This document shows positions 27,375 through 43,455 of a stretch of 52,115 nucleotides of DNA, piece after piece; within the stretch, counting starts at the first letter, position 1, and every line of letters starts with the position of its first letter. Below the pieces are notes generated by a model, which ran no database searches, was not told where the DNA came from, and worked only from the letters and a program-made list of their open reading frames with translations. Position numbers and translations under genes: made by a program. This DNA is from an uncultured Myxococcales bacterium (GTDB lineage: Bacteria; Myxococcota; Kuafuiibacteriia; Kuafuiibacteriales; Kuafuiibacteriaceae), in NCBI GenBank assembly GCA_964477875.1, contig CAYZFR010000002.1, positions 1 through 52,115 on the forward strand. Direction: 5' to 3'.

Positions 27375-29885
27375 TCAGGCGCGAGCCAGGCCTAGCAAAT
27401 GGGCGACGTCCTTGAAGAAGATCCGCGCGTGAGCGGCCGGTCGCGCTCGGACCAGCTCCTTGTTCATGTAGGCCTCCCAGGTCAGCTTCTGAACGTCGGG
27501 ATCATCGCAAATGCGCACGAAGCGCTCTCGACGCGCGTCGCTGCAGTACCAGAACCACTGCATCATCCCGAGGATCCAGAAAACCTGCCCGTGGGCACGC
27601 ATGAAGCGCTGTCGAGCGCGGCCGAGCGCGCGGGCGTCGCCGGTCTGGAGAAAAGCGACCCCGGCTTCGGCAGCCACCTCGCCCCCGACCATCGCGTAGT
27701 AGATGCCTTCGCCGGAGGACGGAGCAACCACACCTGCCGCGTCGCCGGCGAGAACGACGTTTCGACCGTCGTCCCAACGGCGCCGGGGCTGCATCGGGAT
27801 CGGCGCTCCCTCGCGTCGGACCGTCTTCGCGTCGGCTAGGCCAGACGCAGCCCGGAGCTCGGCGGCCGAGCCGCGGAGGCTGAAGCCTTTGTTGGCGCTG
27901 CCCGTCCCAACGCTGGCCGTCGCCCCGTGCGGAAAGACCCATCCGTAGAAGTCGGGGGATATCTGACCGCGGTAGATGACGTCACATCGGTCACCTTGAT
28001 AGTCGGCGTCCCCCCCGACGGGGGCCTCCACGATCTCGTGGTAGGCGAAGACGCAAGGCGGCTCCGTTCCCGGCAGGGCTTGCTTGGCAACCGCCGACAG
28101 CGCCCCGTCCGCGCCGACGAGAAGCCTAGCGCGGGCGGACTGCCGAGCACCCCCATCCTCTCTCCACTGCACCCGCACTTCACCGCCGGGTAGGGTCTCC
28201 ATTCGCTCGTACCGGCCAACGACGCGCTCGGCGCCGTTCTCCGCGGCGCGGACACGGAGAAACTCGTCGAAGACGCCCCGGTCGACCATACCCACGAAGC
28301 CCCCTTCGATGGGCATGTTCACTCGCTTGTCGGATGGAGAAATGATCCGAGCCGAAGAGATGCGTGCGCACAGCAAGTGCCCCGGGATCTCGAAGTCGCG
28401 GATCGCTCGAGGCGGAATCGCCCCCCCGCAAGGCTTGATGCGTCCGCCTCTATCCAAGAGCATTACGCGATGGCCGGCCGTAGCGAGGCGCTGCGCAGCA
28501 GTCGCGCCGGCTGGCCCCCCGCCGACGACGATGGCGTCCCAGCGCTCCTCGGGATGAGAGGAGGCGACGATGGTCTCGTTCTCCTCATGGTGGGCGGTCG
28601 GCTTCGCCGCCGCCGGAAGCCGGGTCATCCGCGCCGCCCAAACGGCGGCGACGACGAACAGGCCGGCCTCAGCCACGAAGACCACGCCGTAGGAAAACTC
28701 GGCCGAGCCTTGGATGGTACGGGTTACGTCAAAGCCGACCGTTCCCAGGAAGGCACCGACCGCGACCGCGATCGACTGCGCGCCCCCCCAAAGACCCATC
28801 CGAATGCCCTCGCGGCCCGAGGCGCCCTCCCCCGCCAGCGCCATCATCCAACCGATGGCCCCGACCGCGAAGACGCCGTTGAAGAGACCGAGCATGAAGA
28901 CGTGGGCCCGCAGGGGCCAGTCCGCCGCCATCTGGGCGCCGATGGGCAGCGTAGCTAGGGCGAGCCCAGAGCTGATGCAACCGAGGATGGTCCACATCTC
29001 CAGCTTGCCGAAGCGCTTTCCGAGGAGGGCAACGAGGAGCATCCCGCTCAGAGCGCCCCCGTTCTGCATGCTGGTCAGCCCAGTAGACTCGCCAGGGCTG
29101 AAGCCGAAGATCGCTCCCGCGAAGGGCTCCAAGATGAGGTCCTGAGTGCTGTAGGCCAGCATCGAGAGGAGGATGAAGACGGTGAAGGCTCGCGCGCGAG
29201 GCTCGTCCCAGATGGTCCGGAAGGCCTCCCCGAAGCTGCCGCGAGACTCGGCAGGCGCGGCGCCGTCGCTGGCGGTGCTTGCGCTGCTCTCGACGCCCCA
29301 CATCGCGACCAAGGTCACCAAAAAAGCGCTCAGCGAAACGACTGCCGTCACTCCAACGAGCCGGCTCATCGAGAAGGGGTCGAGGTTCGCGCTCGCGAAC
29401 AGCGTCGTGAGAATGAAGCCTGCGATCATCATCATCCAGACCAGCGACGCAGCGGGCGCCCGTCGCTCGGGCACCACCTCTCTCGCGAGCATCGCGAGGA
29501 GGGTCGTGCCCGCGGCGCCGACACCGAGACCAATGAGCGCGAAGGCCAGCGTCGCGACAGCGATCCCGAGCCACCAGCGCTCGGCCATGAGGGCTGTCCC
29601 CGCCGCCGCCATCACTCCGCCGACCGCCAACAACGCCACCCCTCCGATTATCCACGGTGTCCGTCGTTTGCCTCCGTCGGACGCGTGTCCCCAGTGTGGA
29701 CGTGACAACTGCACGGCGTGGTGCAGGCCGACCAGCAAGCCAGCCAGCATCGCCGGGGCGGCGAGCTCTACGACCATCACCCGATTCAGGGTGGAGGTCA
29801 TCAAGACCACGACGGAGCCGAGGGCGGCCTGCACCAGCCCCAGCCGAAAGATTCCGAACCAACTCAAACCATTCATTTTAAGCAC
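27375..29885 (-). CDS. bchP: Fusion protein: PucC/LhaA-family (BCD/MFS-like) membrane protein + geranylgeranyl-bacteriochlorophyll reductase BchP
   Basis: 836 aa uninterrupted. Residues 1 to about 420 are 12-TM PucC-like (..FRLGLVQAALGSVVVLMTSTLNRVMVVEL..). The linker is about aa 421-448. Residues 449-836 are BchP (WDAIVVGGGPAGATAAQRLATAGHRVMLLDRGGRIKPCGGAIPPRAI..). Confidence 0.8.
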   Translation of the reverse strand: MLKMNGLSWFGIFRLGLVQAALGSVVVLMTSTLNRVMVVELAAPAMLAGLLVGLHHAVQLSRPHWGHASDGGKRRTPWIIGGVALLAVGGVMAAAGTALMAERWWLGIAVATLAFALIGLGVGAAGTTLLAMLAREVVPERRAPAASLVWMMMIAGFILTTLFASANLDPFSMSRLVGVTAVVSLSAFLVTLVAMWGVESSASTASDGAAPAESRGSFGEAFRTIWDEPRARAFTVFILLSMLAYSTQDLILEPFAGAIFGFSPGESTGLTSMQNGGALSGMLLVALLGKRFGKLEMWTILGCISSGLALATLPIGAQMAADWPLRAHVFMLGLFNGVFAVGAIGWMMALAGEGASGREGIRMGLWGGAQSIAVAVGAFLGTVGFDVTRTIQGSAEFSYGVVFVAEAGLFVVAAVWAARMTRLPAAAKPTAHHEENETIVASSHPEERWDAIVVGGGPAGATAAQRLATAGHRVMLLDRGGRIKPCGGAIPPRAIRDFEIPGHLLCARISSARIISPSDKRVNMPIEGGFVGMVDRGVFDEFLRVRAAENGAERVVGRYERMETLPGGEVRVQWREDGGARQSARARLLVGADGALSAVAKQALPGTEPPCVFAYHEIVEAPVGGDADYQGDRCDVIYRGQISPDFYGWVFPHGATASVGTGSANKGFSLRGSAAELRAASGLADAKTVRREGAPIPMQPRRRWDDGRNVVLAGDAAGVVAPSSGEGIYYAMVGGEVAAEAGVAFLQTGDARALGRARQRFMRAHGQVFWILGMMQWFWYCSDARRERFVRICDDPDVQKLTWEAYMNKELVRARPAAHARIFFKDVAHLLGLARA

Positions 29886-30957
29886 CCACCAGAGTCCGCA
29901 CCGCGTGGGCGCCGACCATCATTCCAGAAACAAAGAGCGTAGTTCCAGTCGCGTTGTACCAAGCTGCACGCTCCTTCGGCTTGGCAACCAGTCGTCCCAT
30001 GAGCGCGAACTGGGTGAGGAGGAGCCCAGCCACCGCCGCCGCGTGGATCGGACGGCCCCAAAGCAAGAGCAGGCCGACCACGACCGCCTGAGGAGCCGCC
30101 ATCACGACGCAAGCCAACCGAACGGCTCCCTTCGTTCCGAGTTGGACGGGGATCGTCCGAACGTTCATCGCTCGGTCTCCCTCCAACGCTTTGAAGTCGT
30201 TGAGGATCATGATGCCGTGGGCGCCCAAGCTGTACAGGCCGGCAAGCGCCAGGATCGGGCCCGGCGGCAGCCGCCCGAGCAGAACGCCGGCGCCGGTGAA
30301 CCACGGAAGCCCTTCGTAGCAGAGGCCGACGGCCGCGTTTCCGAACCATCCGTTTCCTTTCAAACGAAAGGGGGGAGCGCTGTACGCCCACGCCAAGGCC
30401 AATCCAACGATGGTGGCGGCAAGAATCCACACCCCCAAGACGCCCGCCAGCACGAGCGCGGCCCCCGTGCCGGCGAGGGCCAAGCCGAACCCCCAGCGTC
30501 CCGGGACCCGGCCGGATGGGATGGGCCGGCCCGGCTCATTGATCTCGTCGACGTGACGGTCGTACCAGTCGTTGACGACCTGACTGGTCCCGCACACGAG
30601 GGGGCCGGCTAGAACGATGGCACCGATCACGAGGGCGATGTTGTCGAGCACTGGCCGCCCCGACGACACCACTCCGCAAGCCAGCGCCCACATGGGTGCG
30701 AACCACGTGATCGGCTTGAACAGCTGAACGACCGCGAGGGGCTGCGGCCAAGAGCGGGGTGGGCGAGGGACGGCTTCGCCAGAGGCGTCCTGATGAGCGG
30801 ACTTGCTCGGCTGGGTAGGCTGGCTTTTCGTGGAAGCTTGCGGCGAAGAGGGAGCCGCTTGGTCGCCAGCAGCCGAGAGGCGGAGCCGTCCGGAGGGTTC
30901 CGCGGAAGGACCGCCAGCCAGACGGGTAAAGACGTTTTTCAGCACACCCCTAGTCAT
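29878..30957 (-). CDS. bchG: Bacteriochlorophyll synthase (UbiA-family prenyltransferase)
   Basis: ..LFKPITWFAPMWALACGVVSSG.. and NDWYDRHVDEINEPGRPIPSGRV. ATG at 30957 forms an ATGA overlap with the ppsR stop, leaving a low-complexity N-terminal leader of about 60 aa. The track ORF over-extends to 31089. Confidence 0.85.
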   Translation of the reverse strand: MTRGVLKNVFTRLAGGPSAEPSGRLRLSAAGDQAAPSSPQASTKSQPTQPSKSAHQDASGEAVPRPPRSWPQPLAVVQLFKPITWFAPMWALACGVVSSGRPVLDNIALVIGAIVLAGPLVCGTSQVVNDWYDRHVDEINEPGRPIPSGRVPGRWGFGLALAGTGAALVLAGVLGVWILAATIVGLALAWAYSAPPFRLKGNGWFGNAAVGLCYEGLPWFTGAGVLLGRLPPGPILALAGLYSLGAHGIMILNDFKALEGDRAMNVRTIPVQLGTKGAVRLACVVMAAPQAVVVGLLLLWGRPIHAAAVAGLLLTQFALMGRLVAKPKERAAWYNATGTTLFVSGMMVGAHAVRTLVGA

Positions 30958-32393
30958 TCGTTCGCTCCGTCCAGGTCGCCGAGGCCATGGCGTCGCAGCT
31001 TGGCGTAGAGGCTTTGGCGGGACAGCCCGAGCACCTGGGCCGCGTTGGCTCGATTGTCCCGACTCACCTCGAGCGCCGCCTCGATGCACAACCGCTCGAT
31101 CACGTCGGTGGTCTCTCGCACAATCTCCTTGAGCGGCACCCGCCCGACGAGCCCCGTGAGCTGCTCGACGCTTCGGGGCAATGTGGGTACGTCCCGCTCC
31201 ATCGCGAGCCGAGAAGCGACCGGCCTCAGCATGAATCCGTAGCAGCGCTCGTCGCCGTTCATGGCAGCCACACCGGAGACCTCGACCTCCTCCACGGATC
31301 CGAACTGACCTCGGATCACGGTGGCGAAGTTGCGGACCGAACCGTGCTCTTTGAGCGTCGCCATCAGAATGTTCAGGTCGGAGCCCCCTTCCCGGCCCAA
31401 CCAGGTGTCGATGGGCTCCCGCCGCACCTGCTCGTCGGTTGCCAGTTGGACGAGGTCGAGAAAGGTTCCATTCAGCGTCAGAACTCGACGCTGAAGGTCG
31501 ACCACCACGAAGGCGTCGGGGAGGCGTTGGACGACCTCGAGGAGCTTCGAGGTCACGGACGCCGTCTGGGGTTTGGGGGCGTCCTCGGTGGACGAGAGGC
31601 GCACCAAGAAGAGCGAGACGTTGTCCTGCCGGAACAAGGAGACGGACAAAAAGACCTCTCGACCCTCCCCCGCGAGGCGGGCGTGGGTGTCTTCTGCCCA
31701 GCCCGTCACCCGAACTGCAGCCAGCTGTTGCTGGACGGCCGGCCAGGTGACCTCGGCGAACAAACTCTCCAGACTCTTGCCCGCGATGCGCCGGGGAGTC
31801 TCTTCGAGGAGGCTGCCTGCGGCCGGATTGGCCTCGGCGATCTTCAAGTTGGACGCGTCCACGATGAGCACCGCCTCGGAGGCGATCTGAAAAAGCAGGC
31901 GATAGCGCGTCTCGGCATGGCGCAGCCTCGCGTACTCGCGCTCCATCGATTGCTGAGCGCCGACCAGTTGCTGCTGAAGCCGGGACATCTCGCTGAGGTC
32001 GCGCCCCAGAGCGAGGATGCGACCCTCGTGTCCAAGCGAAAGGGCCGTGTAGCGGATCGGGAGATCTCGTCCTGGCCCCAGGCGATGATTTATCTCCCGG
32101 GCGCGGACCGGAGTCCCCTCCTCGACCTCTTGTAGGAGCGCCCGGACCTTTTCTTTGGAGTCGGGTGCGACCGTGTCTTCGAAGCTGTGGCCGACCCAGC
32201 CCCGTTGGGCCAGGACCGGTCCTTGGGTACTTCGAGCCATCAAGTCCCGGATCTGACCCTCGTGGTCGACGACCAGGGCGACGTCGGAGGCAGCCGCGAT
32301 GAGCTGGGTAGCGAAGCTGGTGTCGATCGACCCCAACGACTCCTCAGGAGAACCGAACAACAGCGCGCTCTCGCTCGATCCCGAGGTCCCCAT
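30954..32393 (-). CDS. ppsR: Photosynthesis gene repressor PpsR/CrtJ (PAS domains + C-terminal Fis-type HTH)
   Basis: About 479 aa from ATG 32393 (AGGAGA upstream). Has PAS-like repeats and the C-terminal HTH NRANAAQVLGLSRQSLYAKLRRHGL. The track ORF N-extension overlaps ppaA and is rejected. Confidence 0.85.
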   Translation of the reverse strand: MGTSGSSESALLFGSPEESLGSIDTSFATQLIAAASDVALVVDHEGQIRDLMARSTQGPVLAQRGWVGHSFEDTVAPDSKEKVRALLQEVEEGTPVRAREINHRLGPGRDLPIRYTALSLGHEGRILALGRDLSEMSRLQQQLVGAQQSMEREYARLRHAETRYRLLFQIASEAVLIVDASNLKIAEANPAAGSLLEETPRRIAGKSLESLFAEVTWPAVQQQLAAVRVTGWAEDTHARLAGEGREVFLSVSLFRQDNVSLFLVRLSSTEDAPKPQTASVTSKLLEVVQRLPDAFVVVDLQRRVLTLNGTFLDLVQLATDEQVRREPIDTWLGREGGSDLNILMATLKEHGSVRNFATVIRGQFGSVEEVEVSGVAAMNGDERCYGFMLRPVASRLAMERDVPTLPRSVEQLTGLVGRVPLKEIVRETTDVIERLCIEAALEVSRDNRANAAQVLGLSRQSLYAKLRRHGLGDLDGANE

Positions 32394-32407
32394 CTTCTCC
32401 TGGTTCT

Positions 32408-33319
32408 TCAGTCCTCCAGCAGCGCGTGCTGGAGGAAAAGGACGGCACTTCGAGCGTCGGCGAGAGGCACAGCGGCCCCCGCCTGGTGAGCTCGCTCGGG
32501 CCGCTCGTTGATGCAGGCACCGCCGATCATCACGATGATGTCGGGGTTCATTGAGGCTTTCTGCACCTCTTCGATGACGGGCTTGAGCTTGAAGAAGACC
32601 TCGTCGGACGCGACGCTGAAGCCGATGGCCGCCGTCCATTCCGAGCGGACACGCTCGATCAAGACGTTGTCGGGGTCGACGCGCGTCGTCGACCAGCCGG
32701 CCCGGGCCAGGCACTCCTCGAGCATTTGAAGTCCGAAGGTGTGCTGGTCTTCGGGTGCACTGCACAGAAGCACGACCCGCCCTCCAGCCGTGAACTCGAA
32801 CTCGGAATTGCAACGAGCGCCGAGCTCGCGGGCCATGCTCTGCAGCTGAGACAAGGCCAGGGTGACCTCCGCGAAAGAGCAGCGATCATCAGACCATAGC
32901 TGCCCCATGTGCCGAGCGGCTGGCGCCATGAGATCCAGGAAGAGCTGCTCCAGGGTCATCCCTTCAGTCTGGAGAGCGCGGAGAAAAGCGCGCCCAGTGT
33001 CCAGACCGTGGACCAGGAGCAAGCGCGCAAGCTCGCTGACATCTTCGTCACCCGGGCCCTCGCATGGGGCATTGTCCGCATCCGGACGGCCGTCGAGCAG
33101 TCCATGAGCAAGCATCAAGCGTGGAATAATCTCCCCCTCTATCGTGCGGACCAGCTGCTGCGACTCGCTCTCCATCAGCCGATCGGCCGGGATTTGCCGT
33201 CCCCGTTTCTGCTCCGATGTGGTCGCGGTCCCCACGGTGCTCTTCATCAGGAGTGTCATCTGTTCTCTCTCAGAACCCTTCTGGCCCATGGCCGGGAACG
33301 AAGCACGACCGACAGTCAT
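32408..33319 (-). CDS. ppaA: Cobalamin-binding PpsR antirepressor (PpaA/AerR-like)
   Basis: 303 aa. B12-binding signature EDQHTFGL (DxHxxG) followed by ..MIGGACI.. . Position directly upstream of ppsR and divergent from bchF. The start codon is uncertain. Confidence 0.7.
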   Translation of the reverse strand: MTVGRASFPAMGQKGSEREQMTLLMKSTVGTATTSEQKRGRQIPADRLMESESQQLVRTIEGEIIPRLMLAHGLLDGRPDADNAPCEGPGDEDVSELARLLLVHGLDTGRAFLRALQTEGMTLEQLFLDLMAPAARHMGQLWSDDRCSFAEVTLALSQLQSMARELGARCNSEFEFTAGGRVVLLCSAPEDQHTFGLQMLEECLARAGWSTTRVDPDNVLIERVRSEWTAAIGFSVASDEVFFKLKPVIEEVQKASMNPDIIVMIGGACINERPERAHQAGAAVPLADARSAVLFLQHALLED

Positions 33320-33382
33320 CCATCAACGCACCCGACAAACTGGTTCGTACCTCCCTTCGCTCGCGCTGTAAAGAGCGACTGA

Positions 33383-33400
33383 CGTCTAGCATGCTTGACA
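33383..33400. promoter_or_regulatory. Degenerate PpsR-type operator in the ppaA/bchF divergent promoter region
   Basis: CGTCTAGCATGCTTGACA. It shares the exact 13-mer AGCATGCTTGACA with the reverse complement of the bchC operator. It overlaps a TGT-N12-ACG element at 33367-33384. Confidence 0.4.
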
Positions 33401-33425
33401 CTTCGATCGTGGCTTCCTAGCTTAG

Positions 33426-35216
<1,791 letters not shown>

Positions 35217-35217
35217 A

Positions 35218-36721
35218 ATGCAACTTGCAGTATGGACCTACGAAGGCCCACCGCACGTCGGCGCGATGCGCGTCGCCACCGGAATGAGCGGGGTGCACTA
35301 CGTGCTTCATGCGCCCCAGGGCGACACTTACGCCGACCTCTTGTTCACGATGATCGAGCGCCGTCGCCAGCGCCCCCCCGTGTCCTACACGACGTTCCAA
35401 GCCCGCGACCTCGGCTCAGACACTGCCGAGCTGTTCAAGAACACTGCCCGCCAGGCTTACGAGAGATTCCATCCGAGAGCTCTGCTCGTCGGCGCGTCCT
35501 GCACCGCCGAGCTGATTCAGGACGATCCGGCTGGGATCGGTCAGGCCCTCGGTCTCGACATCCCGGTGGTTCCGCTCGAGCTCCCCTCGTATCAAAAGAA
35601 GGAAAACTGGGGCGCGGCGGAGACGTTCTACCAGCTGGTTCGCGCTTTCGTTCCCCGGGAGACGAAAGCGAGCCCGACCGAAGGTCCGAGCTGCAACATC
35701 TTGGGCCCCACCGGCCTCGGCTTTCGTCACCGAGACGACGTCACCGAAGTTGGCCGGATTCTGGAGCGACTCGGTGTTGCCGTGAACGTAGTGGCGCCGA
35801 TGGGTGCCTCGCCAGAAGACCTGCAGCGACTTCACGCCGCCCACTTCAACGTCGTCCTGTACCCTGAGACCGCGCACCAAGCGGCACGCCACCTCGAGCG
35901 GACGCTCGGGCAGCCTTCGACCCAGGTCGTTCCGATCGGACATGGCGCGACCTGTGACTTCATTCGTGAGGTCGCAGGATTGGCCAAGGTCGACCCCAGC
36001 CCCGCGCTCGAGGCACCCGAAGCCCGAGCCCCTTGGTATGCGCGTTCGGTCGACTCGAACTACCTCACCGACAAGCGTGTGTTCATTTTCGGCGACGCGA
36101 CCCACGCAATGGCCGCCGCCCGAATCGCGAAAGAGGAGCTCGGTTTCGAGGTGGTCGGCCTCGGAAGCTACGAGCGCACTTTCGCCCGGGAACTCCGGAA
36201 GCTGGCCAAGGATATGTTCGGCCTGGAGGCGCTCGTGACCGATGACCACCTCGAAGTCGAAGAACGAGTGCGGGAGCTCCAGCCGGAACTCGTGCTCGGG
36301 ACTCAGATGGAGCGCCACATCGCAAAGCGCCTCGCCATTCCGTGCGCTGTGATATCGGCTCCCGTCCATGTTCAGGACCATCCGGCGAGATACGCCCCGC
36401 AGATGGGCTTCGAAGGAGCCAACGTCATCTTCGACACATGGGTCCATCCGCTGATGATGGGCCTCGAGGAACACCTCCTCGGGATGTTCAGAGAAGACTT
36501 CGAATTCGCGGACGGCGCGGTTCCTTCTCACCTTCGCGATGGCGCCGCCACCGCGGACACTCCGCGCGAGAGCAGCGCGGAAGCAGAGCTCGAGTGGGCG
36601 ACGGAAGCCGAAGCCGAGCTCAAGAAGATTCCTTTCTTCGTGCGGGGGAAGGCCCGCCGAAACACCGAGCGCTTCGCCCGAGAGCAGGGGATCGCGCTCA
36701 TCACACGGGAGACGCTTTACG

Positions 36722-36747
<26 letters not shown>
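35218..36747 (+). CDS. bchB: Dark-operative protochlorophyllide reductase subunit B
   Basis: 509 aa: [48 protein letters not shown].. . Confidence 0.9.
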
Positions 36748-41309
<4,562 letters not shown>

Positions 41310-41310
<1 letters not shown>

Positions 41311-42011
41311 TGGACAGCCTGAGCTACCAGCAGAGTCGAAGCCGGCTGGAGGCCTACTTCGACCGAACCGCGGCCGACGCCTGGGCCCAGCTCACCTCGG
41401 ATCGACCGGTGAGCTGGATCCGCCGTACGGTCCGGGCCGGCCGCAAGGAGATGGCAGAGGGGATCATGGCGATGCTGCCCGAAGACCTCTCTGGCCAGCG
41501 CCTGCTCGATGCCGGGTGCGGAACCGGCATCCTATCCGTTGCCGCCGCCCAGCGCGGCGCTGACGTGGTGGCCATCGACCTGTCCCCTACCCTGGTGGAG
41601 CTCGCGCGGGAGCGCGTCCCGGCCCAGCTCGGTAGCGGCAGCATCGACTTTCGGGTCGGCGACATGATCGATCCCGAGCTCGGAGACTTCGACACGGTGG
41701 TAGCGATGGACTCGCTGATCCACTACTGCGCCCCGGACATCACGGCGATGGTGGAGCGCCTGGCGGCCCGGGCCCGGCGCCAGGTCGTCTTCACCTACGC
41801 GCCTCGGACGCCGCTTCTGGCCGTGATGCACTGGGTAGGCGGCTTTTTTCCCAGGTCGGACCGGGCGCCTTTCATCCAGCCCATCTCGCAGCGGAAGCTG
41901 AGCGGCGCCCTCCGCGCCTCCCCCCTCCTCGAGGGTTGGCAGCTCGGGCGCAGCATCCACGTTGGCCGGGGCTTCTACACATCTCGCGCCCAGGAACTCG
42001 TTCGCGCATGA
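41310..42011 (+). CDS. bchM: Mg-protoporphyrin IX O-methyltransferase
   Basis: 233 aa. SAM motif LLDAGCGTGILS. N-terminal ..LEAYFDRTAADAWAQLTSD.. . Confidence 0.9.
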
Positions 42012-43438
42012 AGGCCCTTCGCACGCAGTGGATCAAGACTCTGCGGCGAGTCGGTCCCACGTTCCTCCCCTTCGCCGACGCTGCCTCTCCCGAGCTTCCC
42101 CTGGGGCGACTGCTGCGCCTGTCGCTGTTTCAGGTCTCGGTCGGCATGGCAGTGGTGCTCCTGAACGGGACGCTCAACCGAGTGATGATCATCGAGATGG
42201 GGATCCCGGCCTGGCTGGTAGCGACCATGGTGTCGCTGCCCCTGCTGTTCGCGCCCTTCCGGGCCCTGGTCGGCTTCAAGTCCGACCACCATCGATCGGC
42301 CATCGGCTGGCGTCGCGTGCCCTACATTTGGATGGGCGCCACCATTCAGTTCGGCGGCCTGGCCATCATGCCCTTCGCCCTTCACGTCTTGTCTGGCGAC
42401 GCGGTGGCAGCGCCGCCCTTCGCGGGGGAGATCGGCGCCGCCCTCGCCTTCCTCTGCGTCGGGATCGGTCTTCACACCACCCAGACGGCGGGTCTCGCCC
42501 TCGCCACCGACCTCGCGACCGAAGAGACCAGGCCCCGAGTCGTCGCCCTCCTCTACGTCATGCTGCTGATCGGCATGGTGGGGAGCGCGCTCACGTTCGG
42601 CGTTCTCCTGGCGGACTTCGGCCGGGTCCGCCTCATCCAGGTCATCCAAGGCGCTGGCATCCTGACCCTCGGTCTGAACCTGGTGGCTCTGTGGAAGCAG
42701 GAGGCTCGGCGTCCCAACCTCGACCGGACCAAGGTTCAGCCGAGATTTCACCAGTCTTGGCAGCGCTTCTTGGCCGGCGGCCAAGCGAGCCGACTCCTGG
42801 TCGTGATAGGATTGGGTACGGCCGCCTTCAGCATGCAGGACATCTTGTTGGAGCCCTACGGAGGCGAAGTTCTGGACCTCTCGGTCGCCGCCACCACCGC
42901 CCTCACCGCGCTGCTCGCCGGCGGCAGCCTGGCCGGCTTCGCGTGGGCGGCCCGCTCTCTGTCGCAAGGCAAGAGCGCGTACATGCTGGCCGCGTGGGGC
43001 TCGTTGATCGGGATCGCGGCCTTCAGCGCCATCACTTTCGCCGCCCCGCTTCACTCGGTCATGCTGTTCCGCGTTGGAACCGTCTTCATCGGAATGGGTG
43101 GCGGCCTGTTCGCGGTCGGCACCCTCACCGCGGCGATGGGCCTGGCCGAAGACGACGGCGCCGGCCTCGCCCTCGGCGCATGGGGCGCCGTCCAGGCCAC
43201 GGCCGCGGGAGTGGGCATCGCGTTCGGCGGCCTCGTCCGCGACCTCGTCACGAGCTACGCCGAAGCGGGCGCCCTCGGTCCGGCGCTGACCGGCCCAGTA
43301 GCGGGCTACACCTTCGTTTACCACATCGAGATTGGCTTGCTGTTCGTCGCACTCGCGGCGCTCGGACCCATGGTCCGGCAGCAGCCGAGCGGGGCAGGAG
43401 CCCGCAGAAAGTTTGGTCTGGCCGAGATGCCAGGCTGA
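42008..43438 (+). CDS. lhaA: LH1 assembly factor LhaA (PucC/BCD family)
   Basis: About 476 aa from ATG 42008 (ATGA overlap with bchM). Contains ..LLRLSLFQVSVGMAVVLLNGTLNRVMIIEMG.. with 12 TM helices. Position between bchM and puhA. Confidence 0.8.
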   Translation: MKALRTQWIKTLRRVGPTFLPFADAASPELPLGRLLRLSLFQVSVGMAVVLLNGTLNRVMIIEMGIPAWLVATMVSLPLLFAPFRALVGFKSDHHRSAIGWRRVPYIWMGATIQFGGLAIMPFALHVLSGDAVAAPPFAGEIGAALAFLCVGIGLHTTQTAGLALATDLATEETRPRVVALLYVMLLIGMVGSALTFGVLLADFGRVRLIQVIQGAGILTLGLNLVALWKQEARRPNLDRTKVQPRFHQSWQRFLAGGQASRLLVVIGLGTAAFSMQDILLEPYGGEVLDLSVAATTALTALLAGGSLAGFAWAARSLSQGKSAYMLAAWGSLIGIAAFSAITFAAPLHSVMLFRVGTVFIGMGGGLFAVGTLTAAMGLAEDDGAGLALGAWGAVQATAAGVGIAFGGLVRDLVTSYAEAGALGPALTGPVAGYTFVYHIEIGLLFVALAALGPMVRQQPSGAGARRKFGLAEMPG

Positions 43439-43455
43439 GGAGCCTCAGAACAATC

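Noticed and set aside
30958-31089. Upstream extensions of bchG (to 31089), ppsR (to 32813), bchH (from 36539), lhaA (from 41936), acsF (from 45327) and dnaK (from 50092)
   Set aside because: Each extension overlaps the preceding gene or has Arg/Pro-rich junk composition. Internal ATGs give homologue-like N-termini and ATGA overlaps or good RBS spacing.
33367-33384. TGTaaagagcgactgACG as a PpsR operator
   Set aside because: It has one mismatch in the conserved ACA half-site and no internal palindromy. I mention it only as a possible weak partner of the adjacent 33383-33400 element.
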